Part shown: positions 8,684 through 18,101 of the stretch, piece by piece
How positions within the stretch are numbered: position 1 is the first letter of the stretch
How the letters are laid out: the number at the start of each line of letters is the position of its first letter
NCBI GenBank assembly: GCA_963676835.2
Contig: CAXXFF010000002.1
Coordinates: 1,088,001-1,152,000, forward strand
Length of the DNA: 64,000 nucleotides
Origin: Marispirochaeta sp.
GTDB taxonomy: Bacteria > Spirochaetota > Spirochaetia > JC444 > Marispirochaetaceae
Reading direction: 5' to 3'
Notes under the pieces: generated by a model
Database searches by the model: none
The model's input: the letters and a program-made list of their open reading frames with translations, nothing else
Told to the model about the DNA's origin: nothing
Translations under genes and position numbers: made by a program

Positions 8684-9577
8684 ATGAAGCAGCAGAACGA
8701 TACTCTATTTCTTTTTTTAATGGTCCTTGCCATGTTTCTCTGGGGGGCAAGCTGGGTTTCGGGTAAGCTGGTTACCGGAGAGCCTGTTGCATTTGACCTT
8801 ATTGTATTCTGGCGCATGCTTATCTGCTTCATCGGCTTTGCTGCATTCTATCCGGTCCGCCGTTTCAGGCTGCGTCTGACACCCGGACAACTTGTTCCGG
8901 TTATTGTCAACGGCTTCCTGATGGTGCTCTACAACTATCTCTTTTTTACCGGAATCAGCCGGGGACTTGCCGGTAAGGCCGGGGTCATCGTTACCTCGCT
9001 GGCACCGGTAATTACATTCACCATCGGGTTTTTCTTTTTCCGGTTCTCAATCCGGAAGATTCAGGTAACAGGTGTTTTTCTCGGGCTTCTTGGCGGGGTA
9101 CTGCTGCTCGAGCCCTGGGCCATCAGTATGAGTGAACTCTACTCCAGCAGTTTTATCCTGCTTCTGGCGGCGTTAACCTGGGCTCTGATTACCCTCATAA
9201 GCGGTAAAGCCATGGAAAAGGGCGTCGGCTCTTTCAGCTACAATTTTTATTTCTATCTCACCGCCTTCATCGGTAGTACCGCACTCTCCCTGGATAATCA
9301 TCCCTTTGATTTCAGTCAGTATTCAACCGGTTTCTGGGGGAACATACTTTTTCTGGCTGTTTTCGCCACCATCGGTGCCACCAGCATCTACTTTTTCGCC
9401 ACCAGCCGTATCGGGTCTGCCAGAACCTCCGGTTTCCTGCTGCTGGTTCCTGCATTCGCCCTTGTTCTCAGCTGGATTGTTCTTGGAGAGGTTCCTCAGG
9501 TAACTACCCTCCTTGGCGGAGGTGTTGCGGTCTCCGCGGTCTATCTGATCAACTCAGTAAAGAGCGGCCGGGGATGA
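8684..9577 (+). CDS. DMT/EamA family transporter
   Basis: About 10 TM helices; LWGASW start and LGE near the C-terminus. Confidence 0.88.
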   Translation: MKQQNDTLFLFLMVLAMFLWGASWVSGKLVTGEPVAFDLIVFWRMLICFIGFAAFYPVRRFRLRLTPGQLVPVIVNGFLMVLYNYLFFTGISRGLAGKAGVIVTSLAPVITFTIGFFFFRFSIRKIQVTGVFLGLLGGVLLLEPWAISMSELYSSSFILLLAALTWALITLISGKAMEKGVGSFSYNFYFYLTAFIGSTALSLDNHPFDFSQYSTGFWGNILFLAVFATIGATSIYFFATSRIGSARTSGFLLLVPAFALVLSWIVLGEVPQVTTLLGGGVAVSAVYLINSVKSGRG

Positions 9578-9719
9578 TTTTCGGGCCCTGCCTGCGGGGG
9601 CCGGTGTAGCAATACTTTCTGTATTTCTGTAGAATACGTTCCTGCCGGAGGATTATCCCTTTTATTCTTTTACCTTTTTATTCTTTTATCCTTTCGGCCA
9701 ACTTTTAGTACTAATCAGG

Positions 9720-10400
9720 ATGCATATGATCTTCGGTAAATGGTATCAGCAGCAGGCCTTTAACCATTTTGTGCGCGGCAACTTCGATAAAGCCGAACGC
9801 TGGTTTCAGAAGCTTCTTTCCTCAAAACCCGGAACCGTCGGAGTCCGGCACAATCTTGCCCTGGTTAAGCTCGCCATGAAGCGCCATGATGAAGCGGTGC
9901 AGCTTCTCAATGATGAGCTCGACCGTTTCGGCGGCACCTACGAGCGCTACCGCGGTCTTGCAGATGCCTACTATCTCTGGAGTCATGCAGAGGAAGCAGC
10001 CGAAGCGTACCGCAAGGCTCTGGAAATGGGGGTGGAAGGCAAAGACAGGGTTTTTCTGACAACCCGCATTGAAATTTGCTCCGATGAAACCATGTTTGCC
10101 TCCGCCATGGAGGGGCTTAAGCTTTTCAACGATGCCAACGATATGCAGAGAAGCGGTCACTACGAAGAAGCCCTTACCCTGTTCCGCAAATCTGTTGATC
10201 TGGATCCCAGTAATTTCATTGCCCACAATAATCTGGGAAGTCTTCACATGAATTACGAAGAAGACTACCCGGCGGCCATAGCGGAGTTTGAAGCCGCTCT
10301 GGCCTTAACCGAACTGCCTTTGATACAAAAAAATCTGCAGATGTGCAGAGATAAAAGAGATAAACAAGCGAAGGAAAGGAAACACCATGCAAATGATTGA
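9720..10400 (+). CDS. Tetratricopeptide repeat protein
   Basis: TPR patterns (HNLALV, AHNNLGSL, A..EFEAAL). Confidence 0.8.
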   Translation: MHMIFGKWYQQQAFNHFVRGNFDKAERWFQKLLSSKPGTVGVRHNLALVKLAMKRHDEAVQLLNDELDRFGGTYERYRGLADAYYLWSHAEEAAEAYRKALEMGVEGKDRVFLTTRIEICSDETMFASAMEGLKLFNDANDMQRSGHYEEALTLFRKSVDLDPSNFIAHNNLGSLHMNYEEDYPAAIAEFEAALALTELPLIQKNLQMCRDKRDKQAKERKHHAND

Positions 10401-11742
10401 AGATGTTAAATCCATTTTTTCCGCAGCCGTCAAACGGGTCGATCCGGCCCTGATGGTTGAAGAACTGGTTACTGTAGCAGGAAACACCCTGACTATCCGT
10501 ACCGAATCGGAGTCAGCGGAGTACGACCTGTCAAAATATAACCGTATCGTCGTTATCGGTGCCGGAAAAGCCAGTGCAAAGATGGCTCTGGGACTGGAAG
10601 CCTCCCTGGGAGACCGGATTACCTCCGGCCTTGTGGCGGTAAAGACAGGACACACGGAAACCCTCAAATACATTGACCTCATTGAGGCGTCCCACCCCAT
10701 GCCCGATGAGAGCTGTGTAGAAGCTGCAACAAAGATCGCGGAAATCTGTTCCGCTGCAGACGAAAAGACCCTGATTCTCAACCTGATATCAGGCGGCGGT
10801 TCCGCACTGCTCACCGCTCCCTATCAGAACGATGCCTACAACATTACCCTGGACGATATTCAGGCTGTTACCGGCCTGCTGCTTGCCTGCGGTGCGGTAA
10901 TTCAGGAGATCAATGTTATCCGCAAGCACCTGTCTGCTGTACAGGGAGGCCGTCTGGCAGGATTCGCCGCACCGGGAACCATGGTCAGCCTGATTCTTTC
11001 CGATGTTATCGGTGATCCTCTCAATGCCATTGCCTCCGGTCCTACCGTTCCGGATCCCACCACCTATAAAGATGCCATGGGCATAATAAAGAAATATGAC
11101 CTCGGGGCGAAACTTCCCGCATCGGTGGCGAAGATTATGGAAGACGGAGTTGCCGGTAAAGCGGAAGAGACCCCTGGCGAAGATTCTGAAATCTTTAAGA
11201 ATGTTCAGAATATTCTTATCGGAACCAACATCTCCGCTCTCTACGCAGCATCAGAAGAGGCTGAGCGTCTTGGATATGCTCCGGTTATTCTTACTTCCCA
11301 GCTTTCCGGAGAAGCCAGGGAGATTGCCAAAGTTTTCTCCGGCATGTGCAAGGATATGACCCGTAACCGGCTTGCCTTCAAGCGCCCCGCATGTATCATT
11401 GCCGGCGGCGAAACAACCGTTACCCTCCGGGGCAAGGGTAAGGGCGGCCGTAACCAGGAGATGGCCCTGGCCTACATGATTGAGTACCTGGATAATCCTG
11501 AAGGCATGGAAAATACGGTATTTCTCTCCGGAGGAACCGACGGAAACGACGGCCCCACCGATGCTGCCGGCGGTATCGCTCATCTGAGTGTTATGAAGAG
11601 CATGGTGGAGAAGGGACTTGATCCCCTGGAGTACATCGGCAACAGTGATTCCTATCACTTTCTGAAAGAGTCCGGCGGACTGCTTATGACCGGCCCCACC
11701 AACACCAACGTCTGCGATGTGCAGATTCTGCTGGTAAAATAG
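10387..11742 (+). CDS. Glycerate kinase type 2 (MOFRL/TtuD-like)
   Basis: GAGKA, ISGGGSAL, SDVIGD, IASGPT, GGETTV, GGRNQE, GTDGNDG, TNTNVCD. Confidence 0.93.
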   Translation: MQMIEDVKSIFSAAVKRVDPALMVEELVTVAGNTLTIRTESESAEYDLSKYNRIVVIGAGKASAKMALGLEASLGDRITSGLVAVKTGHTETLKYIDLIEASHPMPDESCVEAATKIAEICSAADEKTLILNLISGGGSALLTAPYQNDAYNITLDDIQAVTGLLLACGAVIQEINVIRKHLSAVQGGRLAGFAAPGTMVSLILSDVIGDPLNAIASGPTVPDPTTYKDAMGIIKKYDLGAKLPASVAKIMEDGVAGKAEETPGEDSEIFKNVQNILIGTNISALYAASEEAERLGYAPVILTSQLSGEAREIAKVFSGMCKDMTRNRLAFKRPACIIAGGETTVTLRGKGKGGRNQEMALAYMIEYLDNPEGMENTVFLSGGTDGNDGPTDAAGGIAHLSVMKSMVEKGLDPLEYIGNSDSYHFLKESGGLLMTGPTNTNVCDVQILLVK

Positions 11743-11754
11743 ACGGAGTAATTC

Positions 11755-11997
11755 GTGTTCAATAAAAAACGGGACGATATTATCGAGCTTGCCAACAGGT
11801 TCGAAGCAGAACGGTTTGCAGCTATTATGGAGCAGGAGGAGATCCCCTGCTCCATAGTTTCCCGTCATTCAACGGTCTACGACGGAATCTTCCAGCTTCA
11901 GGAAGGCTGGGGCTTCGCGGAGATTCCGCCGGAGTATCGTGAAAAGGCTGCAGCTTTACTGGAAGAGTACCGGAACAGCGCTGAAAAGGGGGAGTAG
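11755..11997 (+). CDS. DUF2007-like small protein
   Basis: 80 aa; EA.....L/M..E.IP pattern and C-terminal A..LL helix; RBS GGAG. Confidence 0.65.
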   Translation: MFNKKRDDIIELANRFEAERFAAIMEQEEIPCSIVSRHSTVYDGIFQLQEGWGFAEIPPEYREKAAALLEEYRNSAEKGE

Positions 11998-12070
11998 CTC
12001 CCTTTACGGCTCCATCCAAACCGTTTATAGTTAAACAAGATCGACCGATAGTTAAAAACAGGATATTTAT

Positions 12071-13312
12071 ATGTGGTTAAAAGTGCACCTTTTGTCGATC
12101 AGCGTCGGTTTCGGTGCTGCAGCGACCCTCACTTTTCTACTCTTTACAACGGCAATACTTTTTTTCGTCTCTCATAAACACAGCTATATCTACTATCTTC
12201 TTCTGCAGGCGGCATTTCTTCCCTACCTTACAGGCTTGGCGGTCTATGTTTCCGGCGGTGAAGATGCCTGGGTTCTGTTCTGGTTCAGGGTTTGTGTTGC
12301 CGGATTAATCCTGCCTCCCCTGGCACTGGAGTTTTTCCTCGGATCCCTGGTAAACCGTCAGAGTCCTGTCCGTCAGCTGTTTATCGGTCTTTCGGGACTT
12401 ATGCTGCTTCTTGTTCTTCTGATACGGCCGGATTTGATCGCTTCCGGAGAGATCAGTATTCATCCTCTTGGTTTCTACTCGGTGGACAAAGGTCCCCTCT
12501 TTCCTTTTGTCGCCGCCTACTCGGCACTCTGTCCTCTCTTCTCCATGGGTCTGTTTATCCGTACAGTCCTTGCGGTCAAAGGCTTGTGGAAAAGATATTC
12601 AATGATTCTCTCCGGACTGGCGGTGTGGATTGCCGCAATGCTGGTGGAGGCACTTATTTCGTTCAGAATCGTCTCTTTCTATTCTGTGTCATGGACCGGC
12701 CCGGTCGTTATGGTTCTCGCTATCGGACTGCATATGGGCCTTGAGGTTGACCGCAGTTTCCGTACCAGCAAAGCAAAAATGCGGGAGAACAAAATTCTCA
12801 GACAGAAGCTGAAGTTTGATCCCCTTACGGGTCTCTATACCAGGGATTTTTTCAATACAATTCTGGAAGTGGAAGCGGATGCCTGGGCCCGCAAGCCCCA
12901 GGAGAACAGTATTCTCTTTATTGATGCGGATAATTTCAAGGGAATCAACGACCGTTACAGCCATGCCGGCGGGGACCGGGTACTGACTCTTATTGGTGAG
13001 ATTGTCGGGGAAAATGTACGCCGCTCAGATCTTCCCGCCCGCTATGGTGGAGACGAGTTTATAATCCTGCTGCGGAACTGTACCCGGGACAGTGCCAGAA
13101 TTCTTGGAGAGAAGATTATCGGAGACTACCGCCGCAGGCTGCATGAGGAGTATCCGGATATGCCCGAAGGATTTACCGGTTTGAGTATCGGGATCTCATC
13201 CTCCTCCTTCTGGGAGAGCGGACGCAGAGATCTTGTGGCTCTGGCGGACGAGGCTATGTACTGCTCCAAGAGACATGGAAAAAATCAGGTGGTGGTGGCC
13301 GAAGCGGGCTGA
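12071..13312 (+). CDS. Membrane-bound diguanylate cyclase (7TM + GGDEF)
   Basis: DPLTGL, DADNFKGINDRYSHAGGD, RRSD I-site, RYGGDEF. Confidence 0.92.
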   Translation: MWLKVHLLSISVGFGAAATLTFLLFTTAILFFVSHKHSYIYYLLLQAAFLPYLTGLAVYVSGGEDAWVLFWFRVCVAGLILPPLALEFFLGSLVNRQSPVRQLFIGLSGLMLLLVLLIRPDLIASGEISIHPLGFYSVDKGPLFPFVAAYSALCPLFSMGLFIRTVLAVKGLWKRYSMILSGLAVWIAAMLVEALISFRIVSFYSVSWTGPVVMVLAIGLHMGLEVDRSFRTSKAKMRENKILRQKLKFDPLTGLYTRDFFNTILEVEADAWARKPQENSILFIDADNFKGINDRYSHAGGDRVLTLIGEIVGENVRRSDLPARYGGDEFIILLRNCTRDSARILGEKIIGDYRRRLHEEYPDMPEGFTGLSIGISSSSFWESGRRDLVALADEAMYCSKRHGKNQVVVAEAG

Positions 13313-13317
13313 CCTGG

Positions 13318-15663
13318 TTAAAAAAGTTCCAGCTGCTTTCCCAAAACAATCTCATCAAAGTTTGTATTCAGCCAGGGAAGCACCCCGTCTGCAATCGGTT
13401 TTATCTGCTTCTCAATATAATGTGCGTAGTCTATGGGGCCGGTACAGAGTTTTACCGGAACCGGACCTTCCGGGGTAATGAAGTACTCTACGCGGCGAAT
13501 GTTGCGTGTGCCTTCAGGATCCAGCATCCGTGCAGCCTTAACATGGGGCGGTACGTTCTTTACATAGCCTTCTGCTCTTTTGGTAAGTCTGCGGCGGTAA
13601 ATAAGTTTATCATCCCGGCTGCCGCTGTTAACGGCTTCCACCTCGCTGAGAATCCAGCGGGGGATCTCCTCTCCGCTGAAAAAACGGCGAAAGAGTTCAA
13701 ACTGAAACTCCCGGGCAAGCTCGGTCCAGTCGGAGCGGACATATTCCATACCCCGGAACTCAATTTCACCTGTATCCGCGAGCCTTCCGGCATACCGTTT
13801 TCGGGCCCCTTCGCTGCTTCCCCGCATGGGGGGAAGAAAAAAAACATCGTAGTGCTTCTCATATTCCAGTTCCAGATATGATTCAACCCCGTACTCTTCC
13901 CCAAGCAGCTTAGTCAGATATTCATTTACGGCGGACACAATTTGTACTGCAGCTTCATCCGCCCGGGGGATCTCTTCCTGCCTCAGCTGCACAAAAACGG
14001 AGTCGGTGTCACCATAGAGAACCTGGTAGCCCGATTCTCTCAGGCGGGCGGTGCTTGTTTTCAGCACCCATTGTCCGGTGCCGGTAATGGCCGTGGGCAG
14101 CCTGGGGTCGTAGAAGCGGCAGCCAGGGGTGCCCATAACCCCGTAGAAACTGTTCATCAGGATTTTTACCGCCTGACTCAGGGCGGCATCCCCGGCCCGC
14201 TTTGCTTCCGCCCTGCGCTCAAGGAGTTCCGCGATAACCCCGGGGAGAATGCTCCGTTCCCGGTTGAAACTGATTCCCGCCGGAGTATTCCCGGGGTTTT
14301 CGGAAGCAGTAAGCAGGGAGAGAGGATCTACGCAGAAGGTTCTTATAATGGAAGGATAGAGGCTGCGGAAATCGAGAACCACCACATGGTCGTAACGTCC
14401 GGGTTCGGTGGTGAAAACATAACCCCCTGCAGCCTGTTCCGCCGCATGGATGTCCTCTGTATCCGGGGCCGCATAACCCTGACGGTGCATTTTCGGCAGA
14501 TACTGAAACTCAAAGGCCGCCACGGACATGCTCACCCTGTCCAGCCGCAGACCGGTAAGCAGGCTTCGGGTCATGTACTGTTCTGTCAGGACCGTTGCCT
14601 CGAGAATACGGCTTACCAGGCGGCAGTCTTCAAAATTGTAAACCACCAGAGACTGCAGATCCTCCGCGAAGAGCCGCATAATCTCGGCGACCTTATCCTC
14701 ATCGGCTGAAATGGTTTTTCCGGTACCCAGCACTGTATTTGCCACGGTCTCCAGGGAGAAATCCGGAAAAGTGTGGAAGCCTCCCCGCATTGCCTGGGGG
14801 CCGTCCATCACAATCCGTCCCCGTACTTCGGCGGAGCGCATGCCGGACTGCTTCTGAAAACACCTTGCGGGCGATCCGTCCCGAGCAATTCCGAAGCGGA
14901 TTCCCAGCCGTTCGCAGGCTCGGTTGAGCATCTCCAGATCGAAGCCGATTACATTCCATCCGGTGAGAAGATCCGGGTCAAAGCGCTGCACTGCAGCTGC
15001 TGCTCCTTCAAGCATGCTCTTCTCGCTGCTGTATGATACGGGAATAAAGCCTTCTCCCGGCTGTACCCTGTTGTGTTCATCAAGAACATGAACCTCTCCT
15101 GCCTCACTTCCGTCAGAAGCGGTGTAGTGGAGGCCGACGCAGAGGATCTGCATATCCGGACTGGTTTCAATATCCAGTGAAAGGATGGAGAGAACCGGCC
15201 GGTACTCTCCGCTGCGGATCGCCGGATCGGTAATTATGCGCCGGGGGCCTGCGGCCGCCGCGCCGCCCCGGTATTCCAGGCTTCTGCGGATAAAACGCTC
15301 CATAAGAAACCGCTCTTCCGGCCGGATATCCGATTCCAGGGGGCGTATTCCGGAACTGCGAAGGCTGCTTTTCAGGCTGTTCAGCTGGCGCATGCCGCTG
15401 CAGTAGACAGCATACAGAGGGTTGCCGTGAAAATCTGTAAGTTCAACCCTTTTGGTGCGCACCTCATGGCGCTCTAAAAGGTCTTCGCCCCGGGGCAAGT
15501 CATCTTCCCTCAGAAAAAAAAGGGGTTCCTGCCGGGTAAAGCGGAGGGTCAGGGGGCCGGTATCATCAATGCAGTGAAGCTGAATTTCACAGCCGTTTTG
15601 TCTTTCAAGGCACTCTTCGGTGAGAATGTAGCAGTACCTGGGGCTTTCCGCTGGCATATCCAT
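13318..15663 (-). CDS. polB: DNA polymerase II (family B)
   Basis: DIET exonuclease motif, DFRSLYPSII, KILMNSFYG, YGDTDS. Confidence 0.95.
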   Translation of the reverse strand: MDMPAESPRYCYILTEECLERQNGCEIQLHCIDDTGPLTLRFTRQEPLFFLREDDLPRGEDLLERHEVRTKRVELTDFHGNPLYAVYCSGMRQLNSLKSSLRSSGIRPLESDIRPEERFLMERFIRRSLEYRGGAAAAGPRRIITDPAIRSGEYRPVLSILSLDIETSPDMQILCVGLHYTASDGSEAGEVHVLDEHNRVQPGEGFIPVSYSSEKSMLEGAAAAVQRFDPDLLTGWNVIGFDLEMLNRACERLGIRFGIARDGSPARCFQKQSGMRSAEVRGRIVMDGPQAMRGGFHTFPDFSLETVANTVLGTGKTISADEDKVAEIMRLFAEDLQSLVVYNFEDCRLVSRILEATVLTEQYMTRSLLTGLRLDRVSMSVAAFEFQYLPKMHRQGYAAPDTEDIHAAEQAAGGYVFTTEPGRYDHVVVLDFRSLYPSIIRTFCVDPLSLLTASENPGNTPAGISFNRERSILPGVIAELLERRAEAKRAGDAALSQAVKILMNSFYGVMGTPGCRFYDPRLPTAITGTGQWVLKTSTARLRESGYQVLYGDTDSVFVQLRQEEIPRADEAAVQIVSAVNEYLTKLLGEEYGVESYLELEYEKHYDVFFLPPMRGSSEGARKRYAGRLADTGEIEFRGMEYVRSDWTELAREFQFELFRRFFSGEEIPRWILSEVEAVNSGSRDDKLIYRRRLTKRAEGYVKNVPPHVKAARMLDPEGTRNIRRVEYFITPEGPVPVKLCTGPIDYAHYIEKQIKPIADGVLPWLNTNFDEIVLGKQLELF

Positions 15664-15706
15664 AAGATACCCTATCCTTCAGCAGATATGATACACTTCC
15701 TGTGCC

Positions 15707-16582
15707 ATGAATATTCTGAAAAACGGTTCCATAGATCTTGAGCTTCTGCACAGTCTGGAAGAGAAACCCGAACTCTTTACTCCCGGTGATATCACTATCT
15801 GGACCGATCCCTATATTTCGGAACATATTCTCGATGCCCATCTGGATCCGGATTCCGATGATGCTTCCCGCAGGGAGGAGACCATAGATGAGGTGGTTGA
15901 GTTCATAGCCGGCCGCTTTCCCTTTACAGAGTTTCCCCGTCTGCTGGACCTGGGCTGCGGTCCGGGGCTCTACGCGAGTCGTCTTCATGATGCCGGTTAC
16001 CGGGTTACCGGCATTGATTTCTCCGCGGTCAGTATTAACTGGGCCAGGGACGAGGCTGAAGAGTACGGCTGGGATATTCAGTATCTGCAGCAGGACTACC
16101 GATCCTGGCAGCCCGAAGCAGAGAGTTTCGATATGGTCCTGCTTATTTTCGGTGATTTCTGTGTTCTCAGTCCGGAAGACCGGACAGTGCTGCTGGAAAA
16201 GGTCCGTTACGCCCTGGTTCCCGGCGGCGTATTTCTGTTCGATGTGTTTACCGAAATGTATCTGCCCCATCCGGATGAGCGGGGCTGGTTCACCATGCTG
16301 GAGGACGGCTTCTGGCGCCCGGACCATAACCTGGTTTTTGAAATCAAACACCGCTATCCCGAGGACTCGGTACATCTGAACCGCTATCTCATTATCACTG
16401 AAGATGGTGAGGTCCGTACCTGCAACATCTGGCACCGCTGGTTTGGCCGGGCGGAGATCCGCAAGCTTTTGAATGACTCAGGTTTCGAAGTAGCGGAGAT
16501 GTGGGCGGACCTGAAAGGAACGCCCCTGAAACCATCTCCGGAATGGATAGGAATTGAGGCCCGGTCAACCCGGGCCCGCTGA
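15707..16582 (+). CDS. Class I SAM-dependent methyltransferase
   Basis: LLDLGCGPG, GIDFS, LVPGG. Confidence 0.9.
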   Translation: MNILKNGSIDLELLHSLEEKPELFTPGDITIWTDPYISEHILDAHLDPDSDDASRREETIDEVVEFIAGRFPFTEFPRLLDLGCGPGLYASRLHDAGYRVTGIDFSAVSINWARDEAEEYGWDIQYLQQDYRSWQPEAESFDMVLLIFGDFCVLSPEDRTVLLEKVRYALVPGGVFLFDVFTEMYLPHPDERGWFTMLEDGFWRPDHNLVFEIKHRYPEDSVHLNRYLIITEDGEVRTCNIWHRWFGRAEIRKLLNDSGFEVAEMWADLKGTPLKPSPEWIGIEARSTRAR

Positions 16583-16583
16583 A

Positions 16584-17417
16584 TCAGCCCTTTTCGACCT
16601 TCTCTACAATTGTTTCAACAATCTTCTGCATTGCTTCCGCTGCAGGACCTTCGGTATTGTGGATAAATGCTTCGCCGGAGTCACCTCCCAGCATAATCCG
16701 GGGATCAAGGGGCAGGTCTCCCAGGAAGTACTCTTCAAAACGTTCTGCTGTGGCCTTTCCGCCGCCCTTGCCGAAGATGGGGGTCATAGTGCCGCACTCG
16801 GGGCAGACAAACCCGCTCATATTCTCCACGATTCCCAGGATCGGAACCTTGAGCTCCCGGGCAAAGGTAATGCTCTTCATTGAGTCAAGGTTGGCTACCT
16901 CCTGGGGGGTAGTGACAATTATGGTTCCTGTCAGGTCCGGCAGCAGCTGACAGATTGTCAGGGGTTCGTCTCCGGTTCCCGGAGGGGTATCGATAATCAG
17001 GTAGTCCAGTTCTCCCCAGACGGTATCCTTGAGGAACTGCTTGATCAGGTTGAGTTTTATGGGGCCCCGCCAGATGATTGCCCGTTCCGGTTCAAAGCCT
17101 GCAAGTGCAAGGCTGACTGCCTTCAGGTTGGGGCCTGCAGGGATGGGCTCGATTCTGCGCTCCTCTTCCGAGGAGTAGAGCTTCTCGTGATCAATGCCGA
17201 GCATTTTCGGTACATTGGGTCCGTGAATGTCGATATCCATAATACCGGTACTTTTGCCCATCTTCGCCAGACCGAGGGCAAGGTTTACGGAAACCGTGGA
17301 TTTTCCGACTCCTCCCTTGCCGCTCATAACCATAATTATATGTTTAACCTTGCTGAGATTTTCCCGCAGGGCCCGGGTTTCTTCTGCCTGTTTCATCAGG
17401 GGATTTTCTTTTTCCAT
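16584..17417 (-). CDS. mrp: Mrp/NBP35 (ApbC) Fe-S carrier ATPase
   Basis: SGKGGVGKST, DIHGP, WRGP, DTPPGTGD, ENMS..CPECG. Confidence 0.93.
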   Translation of the reverse strand: MEKENPLMKQAEETRALRENLSKVKHIIMVMSGKGGVGKSTVSVNLALGLAKMGKSTGIMDIDIHGPNVPKMLGIDHEKLYSSEEERRIEPIPAGPNLKAVSLALAGFEPERAIIWRGPIKLNLIKQFLKDTVWGELDYLIIDTPPGTGDEPLTICQLLPDLTGTIIVTTPQEVANLDSMKSITFARELKVPILGIVENMSGFVCPECGTMTPIFGKGGGKATAERFEEYFLGDLPLDPRIMLGGDSGEAFIHNTEGPAAEAMQKIVETIVEKVEKG

Positions 17418-17546
17418 GGATGCTTCCGCCTTTAGTTGAAAATAGATATCAATAATACGGTGATGCCATAATCTGGTCAATAAGCAGGATCTGAGAGTTT
17501 GTCTTTCTTTACCGGTACCAGTAACTTTGTATATAAGGAGGCGCCT

Positions 17547-18080
17547 ATGAAAACAGTCCTGCTCCTCCATGCTGCACTTATAGCTCTAACTGCCTGTATC
17601 TCCGATCCGGTTCTTCAGGAGTTGAGCGACTATACACCAGAGCCGGAATTGAGCCCCACCCAGGTGGTCTATATTCAGGTAGAAGCTCTGCGCCATAATG
17701 ATGATCGCGATAACGGTATAAAGATTGCCGCCCGGTTCAATTCTCCTGAAAACAGGATGATTCTTCAGGAGAACGGTTCCTTTGCCGAAATCCTGCGGGG
17801 GGAAAGCTTCATGCCCCTGCTTTTTCCGGTCCGGATTGTCTACTATCGTGCGGGAACAAAAGACGGATACTACTTTCAGCCGGTAGAGATCTCCTCAAAC
17901 GAGGGGAGGGTTATGGTCTATCTCTTTTATCTCTCCCTCCAGACTGAACCGCCCTATGAGGACTGCTGGATGGTAGACGGTGTCCAGTCTTATGAGCTGC
18001 AGCCGGGTGCTGAAGATTCTCAGGAAGGAGTCCCGCCGATAAAAGAACTGGGAAGCTCAGACGGAATCCTTCAGAGTTAG
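17547..18080 (+). CDS. Lipoprotein, DUF4864-like
   Basis: RBS AGGAGG, lipobox LTAC; P.QVV..Q..AL..ND and W.VDGV motifs. Confidence 0.6.
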   Translation: MKTVLLLHAALIALTACISDPVLQELSDYTPEPELSPTQVVYIQVEALRHNDDRDNGIKIAARFNSPENRMILQENGSFAEILRGESFMPLLFPVRIVYYRAGTKDGYYFQPVEISSNEGRVMVYLFYLSLQTEPPYEDCWMVDGVQSYELQPGAEDSQEGVPPIKELGSSDGILQS

Positions 18081-18101
18081 AGAATCTTAGTTAAAAATAT
18101 C

